A stretch of 64,000 nucleotides of DNA from Candidatus Moraniibacteriota bacterium (GCA_023261695.1 JAHFON010000002.1:11467-75466), one strand, 5' to 3'. Counted from the stretch's first letter, positions 47,690-57,491 are shown. Numbers and translations: made by a program. Notes: a model not told the origin generated them from the letters alone.

Positions 47690-47822
47690 AAGCTCCGATT
47701 TTAACTATTGCCATATTTATGTTAAAATATGCATAAAGAAATAACCACTTGTTTGTGGCTGTATTTATTGACAAATCCATTGGATTTACATAAAATAAAA
47801 AACCAAACTTAATACAACTACT

Positions 47823-48308
47823 ATGTCTATTAAAAAAACAACCCATTCCGCGTTAGAAGTCGGCTTGTATTTTTTGTATTTAGCCAATCAGTCAGGAAAG
47901 AAAATTACCAATAAAAAAATGCAAAAGCTTGTTTATTATGCACAAGCTTGGTCTTTGGTTGTAAATAATAAGAAGCTTTTTGGGGATAAAATTGAAGCTT
48001 GGGTTCACGGTCCAGCTGTAAGAAGTTTATATGTCAAATATAAAGAATTTGGTTTCAATCCAATAATTAAGGAGATTGATCAACAAACAGCAGAAGTATT
48101 TTCAACAAAAGACAAAAAGCTTATAGATCAGGTATGGAGCTTGTATGGATCGCTGGACGCCGGATATCTTGAAATGCTTACTCACTCCGAAAGACCGTGG
48201 CAGGAAGCAAGAGAGGGACTTCAAAGTTCTGAAAGTTCAAGCAGCGAAATATCTACGAAGATAATGAAGGAGTTTTATTCCGAAAAGCTTCAAGAGGCTA
48301 AAAAGTAA
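47823..48308 (+). CDS. Panacea-domain (DUF4065, SocA/GepA-like) antitoxin-type protein
   Basis: MQKLVYYAQAWSLVVNNKKLFGDKIEAWVHGPAVRSLYVKYKEFG matches the DUF4065 consensus. Confidence 0.65.
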   Translation: MSIKKTTHSALEVGLYFLYLANQSGKKITNKKMQKLVYYAQAWSLVVNNKKLFGDKIEAWVHGPAVRSLYVKYKEFGFNPIIKEIDQQTAEVFSTKDKKLIDQVWSLYGSLDAGYLEMLTHSERPWQEAREGLQSSESSSSEISTKIMKEFYSEKLQEAKK

Positions 48309-48314
48309 AATTAT

Positions 48315-48755
48315 ATGGTAGATATACCTAATGAGGTAACTCAAATGCAAAATGACGGTGATATACCAAAGACTGTCGCAGAGTTACCACAAGATTCTGA
48401 TGTATCAGAAGTTGAACCCTATAAAATATCCTTTTCCAAATATAATAATAAGCTTTGCGAAATTTCTGAATTAGGAAAAAACAAGGGCAATAAGGCACTT
48501 ACCATTCTCAAAGAAATTGGAACAAAGGTATTTTCCAGGGCAGATTTCCAAAAACACAACATTCAAACAAAAGGAATTTCTTATGACGGAGCTTACAAGC
48601 CTCTTTATAGTAAGATTGCTGATGGCATAGAAATCAAGGAGCTTTTTTTACAAGGGACTGGTCGTATTTTTTATTTTGACATTGAACCGGAAAGAATGCT
48701 TTATATTGTTGCTATCAAGGAGAATCATTTTGAAACTGAAAAAGTAAGGCGATGA
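48315..48755 (+). CDS. putative RelE/HigB (Gp49-like) family toxin
   Basis: C-terminal QGTGRIFYFDIEPERMLYIVAIKENHFE resembles the HigB/Gp49 beta-strand core. Lies 6 nt downstream of the Panacea gene. Confidence 0.4.
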   Translation: MVDIPNEVTQMQNDGDIPKTVAELPQDSDVSEVEPYKISFSKYNNKLCEISELGKNKGNKALTILKEIGTKVFSRADFQKHNIQTKGISYDGAYKPLYSKIADGIEIKELFLQGTGRIFYFDIEPERMLYIVAIKENHFETEKVRR

Positions 48756-48923
48756 AAGTATTATGCTTGTGTACTTAAATTAAGGACATAAATGTATTCT
48801 CGCGTATTCATAAAGAAAGTTCTAACTTCCTCCACAGTCCGGCTCCATAAATAAAAAAATGGCTCCGCGGGACAGATGTCACACGCGGAGCCGGAACGGG
48901 GTTGACTGAGGACTTAACTTCGA

Positions 48924-49424
48924 TCAGAGAAAACGGCCGCGATAACGCGGTCTTTCGTCTTTGACGACAAGCCAGAGGCCGTTTTCGGCGGCCACTGACC
49001 AGCTCAATCCAGGTTTCCAAGTGCCGTCTTTATTACATAGGCAGGCTATACGGCGCACGCCGTTGTGGGACATCTCCCATTCTGATGTCCCAAAAAAGAC
49101 GAATTTCGCTTCCGGCCGGTTGTTATCCGGCACGGGAAATCTTTTTTGGAAGCTTTCCCAGGCTTGTCCTTCCAAAAGTCGCCCGCCCAATTTTTTGGCT
49201 TCCACTTGCGCTTGAGCGAGATTTGTGACGCCGAAATATTGCAACGTCACGTTTGTATATATAGACCGCCCCTCAAAGTAGGGGCCGATAAAAGCGCACT
49301 CGCCCTTGTTAATGCCCGCGAGTTCCGCCAGAACAGCTGGTTCTCTATAGATCACATCCAGCTGAAATTCCTCGCCGATCTTTGGCAGAAATGCGTGCCT
49401 GTGAGATTCAAGCAATTGTGTCAT
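48924..49424 (-). CDS. hypothetical protein in GC-rich patch
   Basis: ORF. Followed by a strong hairpin ggctccgcg...cgcggagcc at 48862-48897. Confidence 0.4.
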   Translation of the reverse strand: MTQLLESHRHAFLPKIGEEFQLDVIYREPAVLAELAGINKGECAFIGPYFEGRSIYTNVTLQYFGVTNLAQAQVEAKKLGGRLLEGQAWESFQKRFPVPDNNRPEAKFVFFGTSEWEMSHNGVRRIACLCNKDGTWKPGLSWSVAAENGLWLVVKDERPRYRGRFL

Positions 49425-49619
49425 CAGTCGCCCCTTTCATTGGTTGCGGCTTTCCCTATCTCGCTTTGGAGAATGGGGAATGAGCCAGGTTTTAGAGCCT
49501 CAAAGATAAGATGTCAAAGGACAGCAAAGTAATGTAATATCAAAATTGGCAATTTGTCAATCTCAAGTCCCAGTTTTTTGTTTATTTAACGGGTGATATA
49601 ATACGCTCATCTTTCTGAA

Positions 49620-50876
49620 ATGACTATGTGGCAATTTTATTTTCTTAAACTGCGACAGATATTTTCCAAGAAGATTTTTTGGAGCGTAATTTTGGGAATT
49701 AGCGTTTTCGCGGCCGGCGCTTATTTTTTTCAACGGAGTTATTTCGCCGATGTTTTGAAAAAAAAGAACGTTTTGGAAAAAGAAAGCGCGCTTTCCGATT
49801 GGGTGGATGAATCGCCTGTGTTTGACGCGCAAGATGTTTCGCCCAATGGCGGGGAAGAAATTTTTCCCGCGCCCCCGCCTCCTCCTCCGTCAATGGAACG
49901 CATGAAAAAACAAGGCTGTGTGGCGGACGGCTTTCTCTCCGGTTACGGAGGCGATATCAATAGCTCCATCGCTTTGATCAATCGCTCGCAGTGTTATTAT
50001 TTGCATCGGGCGCTGGAGACGTGGTTGCGGCCGCCGGATTTCAAATTGGCGCGCAAAATTATGAGCAAGGTGACGAAACCCAACACGGTATACGGGATGT
50101 TTATAGCGGAGGCTATAGACACCAAAGCCAATTATTTTTATCCGGCGGGGAAACGCGACTTCAATTTTGACGAGATGTGCGCTGTAGGCAGTAAAAATTA
50201 TTGGGGAGAACACACGTGCAAACCTTCGTTTACGCGCAAAGAATATCGAAAATACGTTCAATACATTGCTGAACAGGCGATGGATTTGGGCATCCAGAGT
50301 TTTATTTTTGGGCAGGTGTTTTATCAGGATGGAGGGGATACGGCGCCGGAGATTATGGCTGAAGTAATCCGTGATATGCGCGAGTACGCTGATTTTCGCG
50401 GTATGAAAATTGTAATTGGCGCGCAGACCAACGACATCACGGATGAAAAATATTTGCGTCTGTTTGATTATATTGAAGGCGGTGTGGGGCTGCAGAGCGA
50501 CGGCAGTATTGAAGACGGACCTTGCTTTTCGCGCTGGTGGCAGAAGCCGGGTGATTGGTGCTGGGCGCTTCTCTGGCATCCGGATTTTTTGAACAAAGCC
50601 AACAATGTTTTCACGCATTTTGATTGGAGCGGAAAAATGGGGGATGATATGAGTGTTTTCACGCGTATGGATCAGGATCAACGCGAGACAACCTTGCGCC
50701 GCCTCCATAATTATTTCACTGATCGCAACGTGGGATTTCTGATGCCCCTTCTAGCCACACTGCATCGGGACAACGGCGGTTGCAGCGGACCGAAAAAACG
50801 CTTTTATTCGGCGAGCAAAAAGTATTCCTGCGCGGACGAAGATGCGATTAACCAGATTATTTCCGGCAAAAAATAA
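49620..50876 (+). CDS. hypothetical membrane-anchored/secreted protein (possible TIM-barrel hydrolase-like)
   Basis: N-terminal TM and a poly-Pro linker (PAPPPPPPS). Confidence 0.4.
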   Translation: MTMWQFYFLKLRQIFSKKIFWSVILGISVFAAGAYFFQRSYFADVLKKKNVLEKESALSDWVDESPVFDAQDVSPNGGEEIFPAPPPPPPSMERMKKQGCVADGFLSGYGGDINSSIALINRSQCYYLHRALETWLRPPDFKLARKIMSKVTKPNTVYGMFIAEAIDTKANYFYPAGKRDFNFDEMCAVGSKNYWGEHTCKPSFTRKEYRKYVQYIAEQAMDLGIQSFIFGQVFYQDGGDTAPEIMAEVIRDMREYADFRGMKIVIGAQTNDITDEKYLRLFDYIEGGVGLQSDGSIEDGPCFSRWWQKPGDWCWALLWHPDFLNKANNVFTHFDWSGKMGDDMSVFTRMDQDQRETTLRRLHNYFTDRNVGFLMPLLATLHRDNGGCSGPKKRFYSASKKYSCADEDAINQIISGKK

Positions 50877-50917
50877 ATCTCGTCAATTGGCCGCTAAGTT
50901 TTGCATTATGTGGTACA

Positions 50918-51253
50918 ATGCGTTTAAGTTTTGCGATGTCACAATTTCAGAATAAAATATTTCAGCGGCGCAAGGAGGATTTCATCTGCGAACAATGCGG
51001 CGAGTTTGTCGGCGGCGACGGCTACACGAATCATTGCCCGAAATGTCTGTATAGCAAGCACGTAGACATTTTTCCGGGAGACCGCCAGGCGCCGTGCGGA
51101 GGACTGATGCGGCCGGTGGTATTTGAACAGAGTCGGGGCGGATATTCTCTTACGCATCGTTGTATTTCTTGCGGATACATGAAAAAAAACAAAACCGCCA
51201 AAGACGATGATTTTGAAACACTGGTTGCGCTTTCATGCAGTCTTATTGGCTAG
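50918..51253 (+). CDS. RNHCP domain protein
   Basis: YTNHCPKCLYSKHVD...CISCGY matches the RNHCP zinc-binding motif. The start may be the Met at 50936. Confidence 0.5.
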   Translation: MRLSFAMSQFQNKIFQRRKEDFICEQCGEFVGGDGYTNHCPKCLYSKHVDIFPGDRQAPCGGLMRPVVFEQSRGGYSLTHRCISCGYMKKNKTAKDDDFETLVALSCSLIG

Positions 51254-51277
51254 CGGTTCAAATAAATACAAAATGTT

Positions 51278-53845
51278 ATGGTGTGGAAAAAGTTTTCTTC
51301 AGAAGACTTAGCTCAAGTTTTCGCTGAACTGCAAAGCTCTGCGGCGGGATTGTCTACCTCTGCGGCGGCGGAACGTTTGCGGATCACGGGAGAAAACAGA
51401 TTAGAAGAAGAGTCTTTTTCTCTTATCAAGCTGATCAAGCGGCGCGCGCATTCTTCTTTTTTGTATCTGCTGTTGGCGGCGGCGTTACTTTCCTATTTTC
51501 TGGGAGAACATTTGGAAGCCTTGCTAATTTTGATTTTTATCACGATCAATGTCTCGCTTGAGACATATCAGGAATATCATTCCGAGAAAGTAACACGACT
51601 TCTCAAGCGCTATCTCGTGGCCTATGCGCGCGTGCGCCGCGATGGCAAAATAGTAGCCGTGGAAAGTAAAGAGATTGTTCCAGGGGACATTCTGCTGGTG
51701 GAAGCCGGTGACCGCTTGTCCGCGGATGTGCGTTTTATTGTTACTCGGGGATTGGAAATAGATGAAAGTTTACTGACCGGAGAATCGGCGGCTATCAGTA
51801 AGTCGACGGCCGCCTTGAATGTGCTGCCGACCGAAATGTATGAAGCGCAGAATATCGGTTTTGCCGGTACGGCCGTGACAGCCGGCCGAGGAGAAGCGGT
51901 GGTTTTGGCGACAGCCGGAGAAACAGCCTTAGGAGAAGTCTCTTCTTTGACAGCCGGGAACGGACACAAGACGGAATTTGAAAAATGGATTGAGGAATTC
52001 AGCCGCTTTATACTCAAGTTTGTTATTTTGACGCTGGCGTTTGTTTTTATTGCTAATATTCTGATTAAAGGAAACGGTATTGATATACCAGCCCTCCTCA
52101 TTTTTTCTTTGGCGCTGGCTGTGTCGGCGGTTCCCGAAGCTTTGCCGATTATTGTTACGGTGGCTTTTGCTCGCGGATCATTGAGACTGGCTCAAAAAAA
52201 AGTGATCGTGAAACGGCCGTCAGCCATAGAAGATTTGGGCAGTATTGAAGTCTTGTGTGTGGATAAAACGGGAACGCTTACGGAAAATATCTTGTCTGTC
52301 AGTCAGGTGAAGGCAAAAAATGAGGAAGAATGTCTGAAGCTGGCTTTTCTGTCTGCTTTGGAAACGCCCGATCATCACGGCAACCTTCATGATGCTTTTG
52401 ACTTGGCATTGTGGCGGAAACTTTCTCCTCAAGCGCGCTTGGTCGCTCAGAAGTCGCGGCGCCTAGATAGCATACCGTTTGATCCGGAGCGTCGCCGCAA
52501 TAGCGTTCTGCTCCAAATGGCGGATGGGAAAAAAGAAATTGTGGTGAGGGGAGCGCCGGAAGAAATTATCCGACTTTCTAGTAATTTGGATGCGTACACG
52601 GCAAAAAATTTGATGCACTGGATGGGAGAGGCGGGACATAAAGGCGAGCGTGTTTTAGCAGTAGCTCGCAAGCCGCTTTTACGCGAACAGCAACTGACTC
52701 TTTATCAGGAACAGCATTTGGAATTTATCGGTCTTATTTCTTTCGCCGACACATTGAAGAAAACAGCCAAAGAAACTATCGCGCAAGCTCAAGAATTCAA
52801 TATACAGGTGAAAATTTTGACAGGAGATAGCCTGGAAGTGGCGGGCGCTGTGGGTTGTGCCGTCGGTTTACTCAATCGTCCAGAAGCGGTTGTGACAGGC
52901 AAGAAGCTTACTTCAATGGCGTATGAAGAACGCCGCCGGGCTATTTTTTCGGGATCTGTTTTTGCGAGAATTTCTCCAAGTGAGAAGCACGAGATTGTCA
53001 AAATTATTCAAGAAAAATATATAGTGGGATTTTTGGGCGAGGGCATCAATGATGCTCCCGCGCTCAAAGCGGCCAATGTCGGACTGGTCGTGCAGGGAGC
53101 TTCCGATATAGCGCGGGAAGCGGCGGATGTCGTGTTGTTGCAGAAAAGTTTGGAAACCGTGATTGACGGCGTGAAAGAAGGACGCGTGATTTTTGCGAAC
53201 ATTTTCAAATATATAAAAATCACCCTCACATCTAATTTTGGCAACTTTTATTCCGTGGCTTTGGCCTCGCTGTTTATGCCGTTTATTCCGCTTCTGCCTA
53301 TCCAAATTCTTTTGCTGAATCTTTTGTCAGATTTTCCGATGCTTGCCATAGCCACTGATACGGTAGATGCGGAGAAGAAAGAAAGCTCAAAAAATTACCA
53401 AGCGCACTCCATTATATTGGCCGCTATTTTGCTGGGCGGAGTGAGTTCATTGTTTGATTTTATGTTGTTTGGAATTTTCGCGCGAGTTTCTCCTCAGGTC
53501 TTGCAGACAGCCTGGTTTATTTTGAGCGTGATAACGGAAGTGTTTCTGATTTTCTCTTTGCGCACGCGGTTAGTTTTTTTCCGCGCGCGCCGGCCGTCTT
53601 TTATGTTGATATTTTTTTCGCTAGTTATTTTGGCGGTTACCGTCTTAATTCCATTTGTTCCTTGGGGAGCCGGTACTTTTCATTTTATCCAGCCGAACAT
53701 TTCTTTTATGCTGATTATAATGAGTCTGGCCGTCGGTTATTTCATAGCCACGGAGTTAGTGAAACACTTGTATTACAATCATCTTAATGGGCGGCGTGTT
53801 TCGCACGGAAAAATCAGCGGGCAAAAAATATTAGTCAGCGCGTAA
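51278..53845 (+). CDS. cation-transporting P-type ATPase (P2/P3 type, Ca2+/Mg2+-like)
   Basis: CVDKTGTLT phosphorylation motif, TGES-like region, GEGINDAPALKAANVG hinge, 10 TM pattern. 855 aa. Confidence 0.85.
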   Translation: MVWKKFSSEDLAQVFAELQSSAAGLSTSAAAERLRITGENRLEEESFSLIKLIKRRAHSSFLYLLLAAALLSYFLGEHLEALLILIFITINVSLETYQEYHSEKVTRLLKRYLVAYARVRRDGKIVAVESKEIVPGDILLVEAGDRLSADVRFIVTRGLEIDESLLTGESAAISKSTAALNVLPTEMYEAQNIGFAGTAVTAGRGEAVVLATAGETALGEVSSLTAGNGHKTEFEKWIEEFSRFILKFVILTLAFVFIANILIKGNGIDIPALLIFSLALAVSAVPEALPIIVTVAFARGSLRLAQKKVIVKRPSAIEDLGSIEVLCVDKTGTLTENILSVSQVKAKNEEECLKLAFLSALETPDHHGNLHDAFDLALWRKLSPQARLVAQKSRRLDSIPFDPERRRNSVLLQMADGKKEIVVRGAPEEIIRLSSNLDAYTAKNLMHWMGEAGHKGERVLAVARKPLLREQQLTLYQEQHLEFIGLISFADTLKKTAKETIAQAQEFNIQVKILTGDSLEVAGAVGCAVGLLNRPEAVVTGKKLTSMAYEERRRAIFSGSVFARISPSEKHEIVKIIQEKYIVGFLGEGINDAPALKAANVGLVVQGASDIAREAADVVLLQKSLETVIDGVKEGRVIFANIFKYIKITLTSNFGNFYSVALASLFMPFIPLLPIQILLLNLLSDFPMLAIATDTVDAEKKESSKNYQAHSIILAAILLGGVSSLFDFMLFGIFARVSPQVLQTAWFILSVITEVFLIFSLRTRLVFFRARRPSFMLIFFSLVILAVTVLIPFVPWGAGTFHFIQPNISFMLIIMSLAVGYFIATELVKHLYYNHLNGRRVSHGKISGQKILVSA

Positions 53846-54018
53846 AATTCTCTTCTTTATTTTTTGCGGCCATAAAAGTGGAAGAACCCGGAATCGTGGC
53901 TCGCGACTCCGGGTTCTTTGCGCGTGGGCGTTACCACGCTGGGCGGTCAGCACGCAGGGGACGTGCCTTTTATTACTATCAATGTAGCACGGGGAAGATA
54001 TTTTTGTAAAGTCTCGTT

Positions 54019-55248
54019 TTAACTTTTATCAGCAATGGCTTTTTGGATAATTTCGAGAGATTTTGAAAGTGTTTGTGTTCCAAGCGATCCGGTGTCGCGA
54101 TGTTCCATACTTACGCTTTGTGTTTCCACTTCTTTGTCTCCTATGACGAGCAAGTAGGGAATTTTTTGCGTCTTGCCGGAGCGCACACGTTTGCCAAGCG
54201 GTTCGTTGTCTGCGTTGAGTTCCGCGCGAATATTGTTTTCTTGGAACAGGTATGCGACTTTTTCCGCGAAGTTTCTGTGTTTTTCTCCGATCGGCAGTAC
54301 GATTACTTGGACAGGCGCAAGCCACACCGGAAAGCTACCTCCATAATGCTCAATGAGCACGCTCAAGAAGCGTTCTATGGAACCCATAATGGCGGCGTGG
54401 ATCATCACGATGCGTTCTTTTTCTCCTTTTTCGTTCACGCAAGTGAGATCAAAGCGCTCCGGCATATTCATATCCAGTTGGATAGTGGCCACTTGCCATT
54501 CCCGTCCGAGATTGTCTTTGGCCATAAAATCCAGTTTGGGTCCGTAAAAAGCCGCTTCACCGATTCCGTCAACGGTTTCTGCGCCCTTATCCCGCGTAAT
54601 CTCACGTAAGATATTTTCCGCGCTTTGCCAGCGCGCTTGATCGCCTAAAAATTTTTCCGGCTGTTTCGGATCGCGGAAAGACAAACGGATTTTCAAATGA
54701 AACCCGAATGTTTTATAAAAAGTTTCCACAATTTCCCAGATTTTCAGAAATTCTTCCTTCACTTCCGTTTCCCGACAAAAAACGTGAGCGTCGTCTTGGG
54801 TGAAAGCGCGCGTACGGGCCAGGCCATTTAATTCCCCGGTTTGTTCATCACGATAACACATCGTGGAATTGGCGTAGCGCTGGGGCAGTTCGCGATAACT
54901 CCATAATTTGCGCGCGTAAATCTGGGTATGATGGGGGCAATTCATCGGTTTTAGAGCAAATAGGTCTCCTTCACGCGTGGTAATTTTGAAAAGATCGTCT
55001 TGGAATTTATCCCAATGCCCGCTGGTTTCGTAAAGATCGCGCTTGGTGATGTGCGGAATTTCCACTTTTTGATAACCGTATTGTTTGCGCAATTGCCAAA
55101 CAAAATCGTCTAAAGTATCGCGCAAAAGGGTGCCTTTCGGAGTCCAGAGCGGCAAGCCGCTTCCCACCAGATCGGAAAATACGAAAAGGTCCAGTTCTCG
55201 TCCGAGTCGTTTGTGATCATTTATTTTTTCTTCCGCGGTGGTTGGCAT
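54019..55248 (-). CDS. thrS: threonyl-tRNA synthetase, catalytic + anticodon-binding core only (409 aa)
   Basis: Class II motif 2 (FRDEQTGELNGLARTRAFTQDDAHVFC) characteristic of ThrRS. Lacks the N-terminal TGS/editing region. Confidence 0.8.
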   Translation of the reverse strand: MPTTAEEKINDHKRLGRELDLFVFSDLVGSGLPLWTPKGTLLRDTLDDFVWQLRKQYGYQKVEIPHITKRDLYETSGHWDKFQDDLFKITTREGDLFALKPMNCPHHTQIYARKLWSYRELPQRYANSTMCYRDEQTGELNGLARTRAFTQDDAHVFCRETEVKEEFLKIWEIVETFYKTFGFHLKIRLSFRDPKQPEKFLGDQARWQSAENILREITRDKGAETVDGIGEAAFYGPKLDFMAKDNLGREWQVATIQLDMNMPERFDLTCVNEKGEKERIVMIHAAIMGSIERFLSVLIEHYGGSFPVWLAPVQVIVLPIGEKHRNFAEKVAYLFQENNIRAELNADNEPLGKRVRSGKTQKIPYLLVIGDKEVETQSVSMEHRDTGSLGTQTLSKSLEIIQKAIADKS

Positions 55249-55258
55249 AAGTAGAGAG

Positions 55259-56770
55259 TTACTTATTTTCTTCTATGGTTTGGATGGAAAAATTGAGGTC
55301 TTTGGTTAGCTCGGCGTTTTCTGTATATTCTTGATCTTTGGTTTTCAGGTGAACAGTTACTGGCAGACTGCCTACGCCGGATTGTTTTTGGATGAGCAGG
55401 CGATAATTCTCCGGCGTAATAGTGTCGGGAAGTTCATATTGGATGGAAGTTTCCAGCGTTTGTCCGATGACCGCGTCCACCTTGTAGCCGAAGACGGTTT
55501 TTTTCAACTCAGGAGAATCTTGGGTCAGAATGCCGCCGGTGTTTTTGCGGGTCTGCTCTATGTATTTTGCTCCTTGGGGAGCAAGAATACGGGTATAAGT
55601 GTGGTAATCACTGGTACGCCAATCGCCGTGCGTAGCCGTATGATTGTAAGTGTATGTGACGGTGGCTCTTGGTTTTTCGCCTGTGAAATCCACCAGATAA
55701 TCAAGCGAGCGCTTGATGTAATAATCAGTTTTCAGCGCTCCCAGATTAGCATCCACGAGCATCAGGTAGTCGCTTGGCCAGTCTTTGGCGACACCACCAT
55801 CCCAATGGACGCTTTCCGCAAGCGATTGGAGATTTTCATCCGGGAAGTAGAGCATTACGTTTTTATTGCGGAGCTCTTGCTGAACGAACTCGGCGATTTT
55901 CGGAATACTTTCTATATGATTGAGACGCTGGATGATTTCCGCCGCGATTTGTTTCATTAAGTTTTTGCGGTTCTGTTTGAGTTCGGCCGGCACATCTTTA
56001 TCATCAATAAATTTTTTTTCCACGGCTTCTTCCAGAAGCAGAGTGCCGTTTTCTCCGCTGAAAGTTCTGGTGTCAATTTTTTTTACATAAGCCCCGTCCA
56101 GGGTCTTCGTGAAGCTTTCCACGGAAACCGTGATCGGACCGGCGAGCTCCAGTATGTGATTGAAAACATCGGAATTGACCGCGATCACCCCGTCAAATTT
56201 TTCACGGCCTCCGCCGAGCCGGTAGAAATACTCGGCCTTTTCCGCGTTAAACGGAAAATCCGGGGAAAAATTGGAATCATGAAGCAACCAGCGTTTCGTT
56301 TGAGCGTAGCGGATGAGCGGCCAGGGCGGCGTAATTTTGATATTGGCGTTTTTGATGCGCTGATCCAGCAGGTTGGCGTCTTCCACGAAGGATGAAATCA
56401 CCGCCCCATTTTTGATTTTGATGATGGCATATTGACCCAAGAAACCGCCACCGGGACGAAGCTCGTGATCGTTTTGGAGAAGTATCATAAAGGAGCGAAT
56501 TTTGTCGTCCTGTTTTGTGAATTCTTGGACCAGCGTGTTGGTTATCTCAATTTCCTTTTTGGTATCCGGAGCCAGCGGGAGCAGTTTGGAAACTTTTTGA
56601 AAAAGATTTAAAGAGTTTACGGCAAACTCTGTTTTGTGATTTTTGGCATAGAAGAAAAGATAGACTCCGCCTGCGATGATTATCGCGATAACAGAAAAAG
56701 CAATAAGCCGGTTTTTAGCAGGCAATTGATACATAAAGAAAGTGAAACAGATGAAAAAATTGTAAGCCAC
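55259..56770 (-). CDS. DUF4012-like membrane-anchored protein
   Basis: N-terminal TM and the conserved RPGGGFLGQY segment recalled from DUF4012. Confidence 0.45.
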   Translation of the reverse strand: MAYNFFICFTFFMYQLPAKNRLIAFSVIAIIIAGGVYLFFYAKNHKTEFAVNSLNLFQKVSKLLPLAPDTKKEIEITNTLVQEFTKQDDKIRSFMILLQNDHELRPGGGFLGQYAIIKIKNGAVISSFVEDANLLDQRIKNANIKITPPWPLIRYAQTKRWLLHDSNFSPDFPFNAEKAEYFYRLGGGREKFDGVIAVNSDVFNHILELAGPITVSVESFTKTLDGAYVKKIDTRTFSGENGTLLLEEAVEKKFIDDKDVPAELKQNRKNLMKQIAAEIIQRLNHIESIPKIAEFVQQELRNKNVMLYFPDENLQSLAESVHWDGGVAKDWPSDYLMLVDANLGALKTDYYIKRSLDYLVDFTGEKPRATVTYTYNHTATHGDWRTSDYHTYTRILAPQGAKYIEQTRKNTGGILTQDSPELKKTVFGYKVDAVIGQTLETSIQYELPDTITPENYRLLIQKQSGVGSLPVTVHLKTKDQEYTENAELTKDLNFSIQTIEENK

Positions 56771-56894
56771 TCCAGTGTATCAGGATCGGAGAGGTTTGAA
56801 AAGTAAAGCAGTCCGCGTTACAATAACTCTATCGGGTTCTTTATCTGTGGAATACGCGTGACAAATGAGCTTTTTGTCACGTTAAAAATATTAT

Positions 56895-56965
56895 GCGAGT
56901 GTAGTACAATGGTAGTACACGACCTTCCCAAGGTTGAGACAGGGGTCCGATTCCCCTTACTCGCT
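56895..56965 (+). tRNA. tRNA-Gly (anticodon CCC)
   Basis: Hand-folded. Acceptor GCGAGTG/TACTCGC (G-T), D-arm GTAC..GTAC, anticodon stem CGACC/GGTTG with loop TTCCCAA, T-arm AGGGGTCCGATTCCCCT. Confidence 0.65.
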
Positions 56966-57038
56966 CAAAGATTTAGGGTGCGACCTAGATGAAAAAAGAT
57001 TTTGAAAATTAAATAATAAGCTGTTAAAATCAGGTTTT

Positions 57039-57491
57039 ATGAAAAAAATTATCTTAATTATTTTAGTTTTAGCTATTGTCGGCATTGCCTATCGGCTTGC
57101 TTCGCCGCTTTTTATAAATAAAAAGGTGATAGAAAAAATTGAAGATATTGCGCCGCAGGGAAACGTGAATCAAGTAGAAACGACCGCCGCCGGAACATTT
57201 GTCGGACTTGAAGGACATACGGCGCAAGGTACGGCAAAACTTATCAAAAATGGCAGTGATTATTTTGTAAGGTTGGAGGACGACTTCCGCGTGACCAACG
57301 GGCCTGATTTATTCGTATACCTTGGCAAAAATGGGGCGTACGATCCTAAGGCTCGTCTCGGCGAACTCAAAGGCAATATCGGATCGCAGAATTATGCAAT
57401 TCCCAGCTCTCTGAATGTATCCGACTACGATGAGGTGTGGGTATGGTGTTGGAGTTTTTCAGTAGCCTTTGGTAAAGCGGTTCTTAAATAA
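57039..57491 (+). CDS. DM13 domain protein (secreted/membrane-anchored)
   Basis: Signal/TM, then GTFVGLEGHTAQGTAKL...FRVTNGPDLFVYL resembling the DM13 pattern. Confidence 0.5.
   Translation: MKKIILIILVLAIVGIAYRLASPLFINKKVIEKIEDIAPQGNVNQVETTAAGTFVGLEGHTAQGTAKLIKNGSDYFVRLEDDFRVTNGPDLFVYLGKNGAYDPKARLGELKGNIGSQNYAIPSSLNVSDYDEVWVWCWSFSVAFGKAVLK

Noticed and set aside
49890-50708. 272-aa minus ORF opposite the 418-aa secreted protein
   Set aside because: It is antisense to a plus-strand ORF that has an N-terminal TM and a sensible composition. The minus frame is Arg/His-rich and lacks an RBS. This is kept as a low-probability alternative.
53850-54018. Possible T-box or riboswitch near thrS
   Set aside because: This interval is the 3' side of both convergent genes (ATPase + and thrS -). 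The hairpin gaacccgga..tccgggttc is more simply a terminator. A thrS leader would lie above 55248, where DUF4012 abuts with an 11-nt gap.
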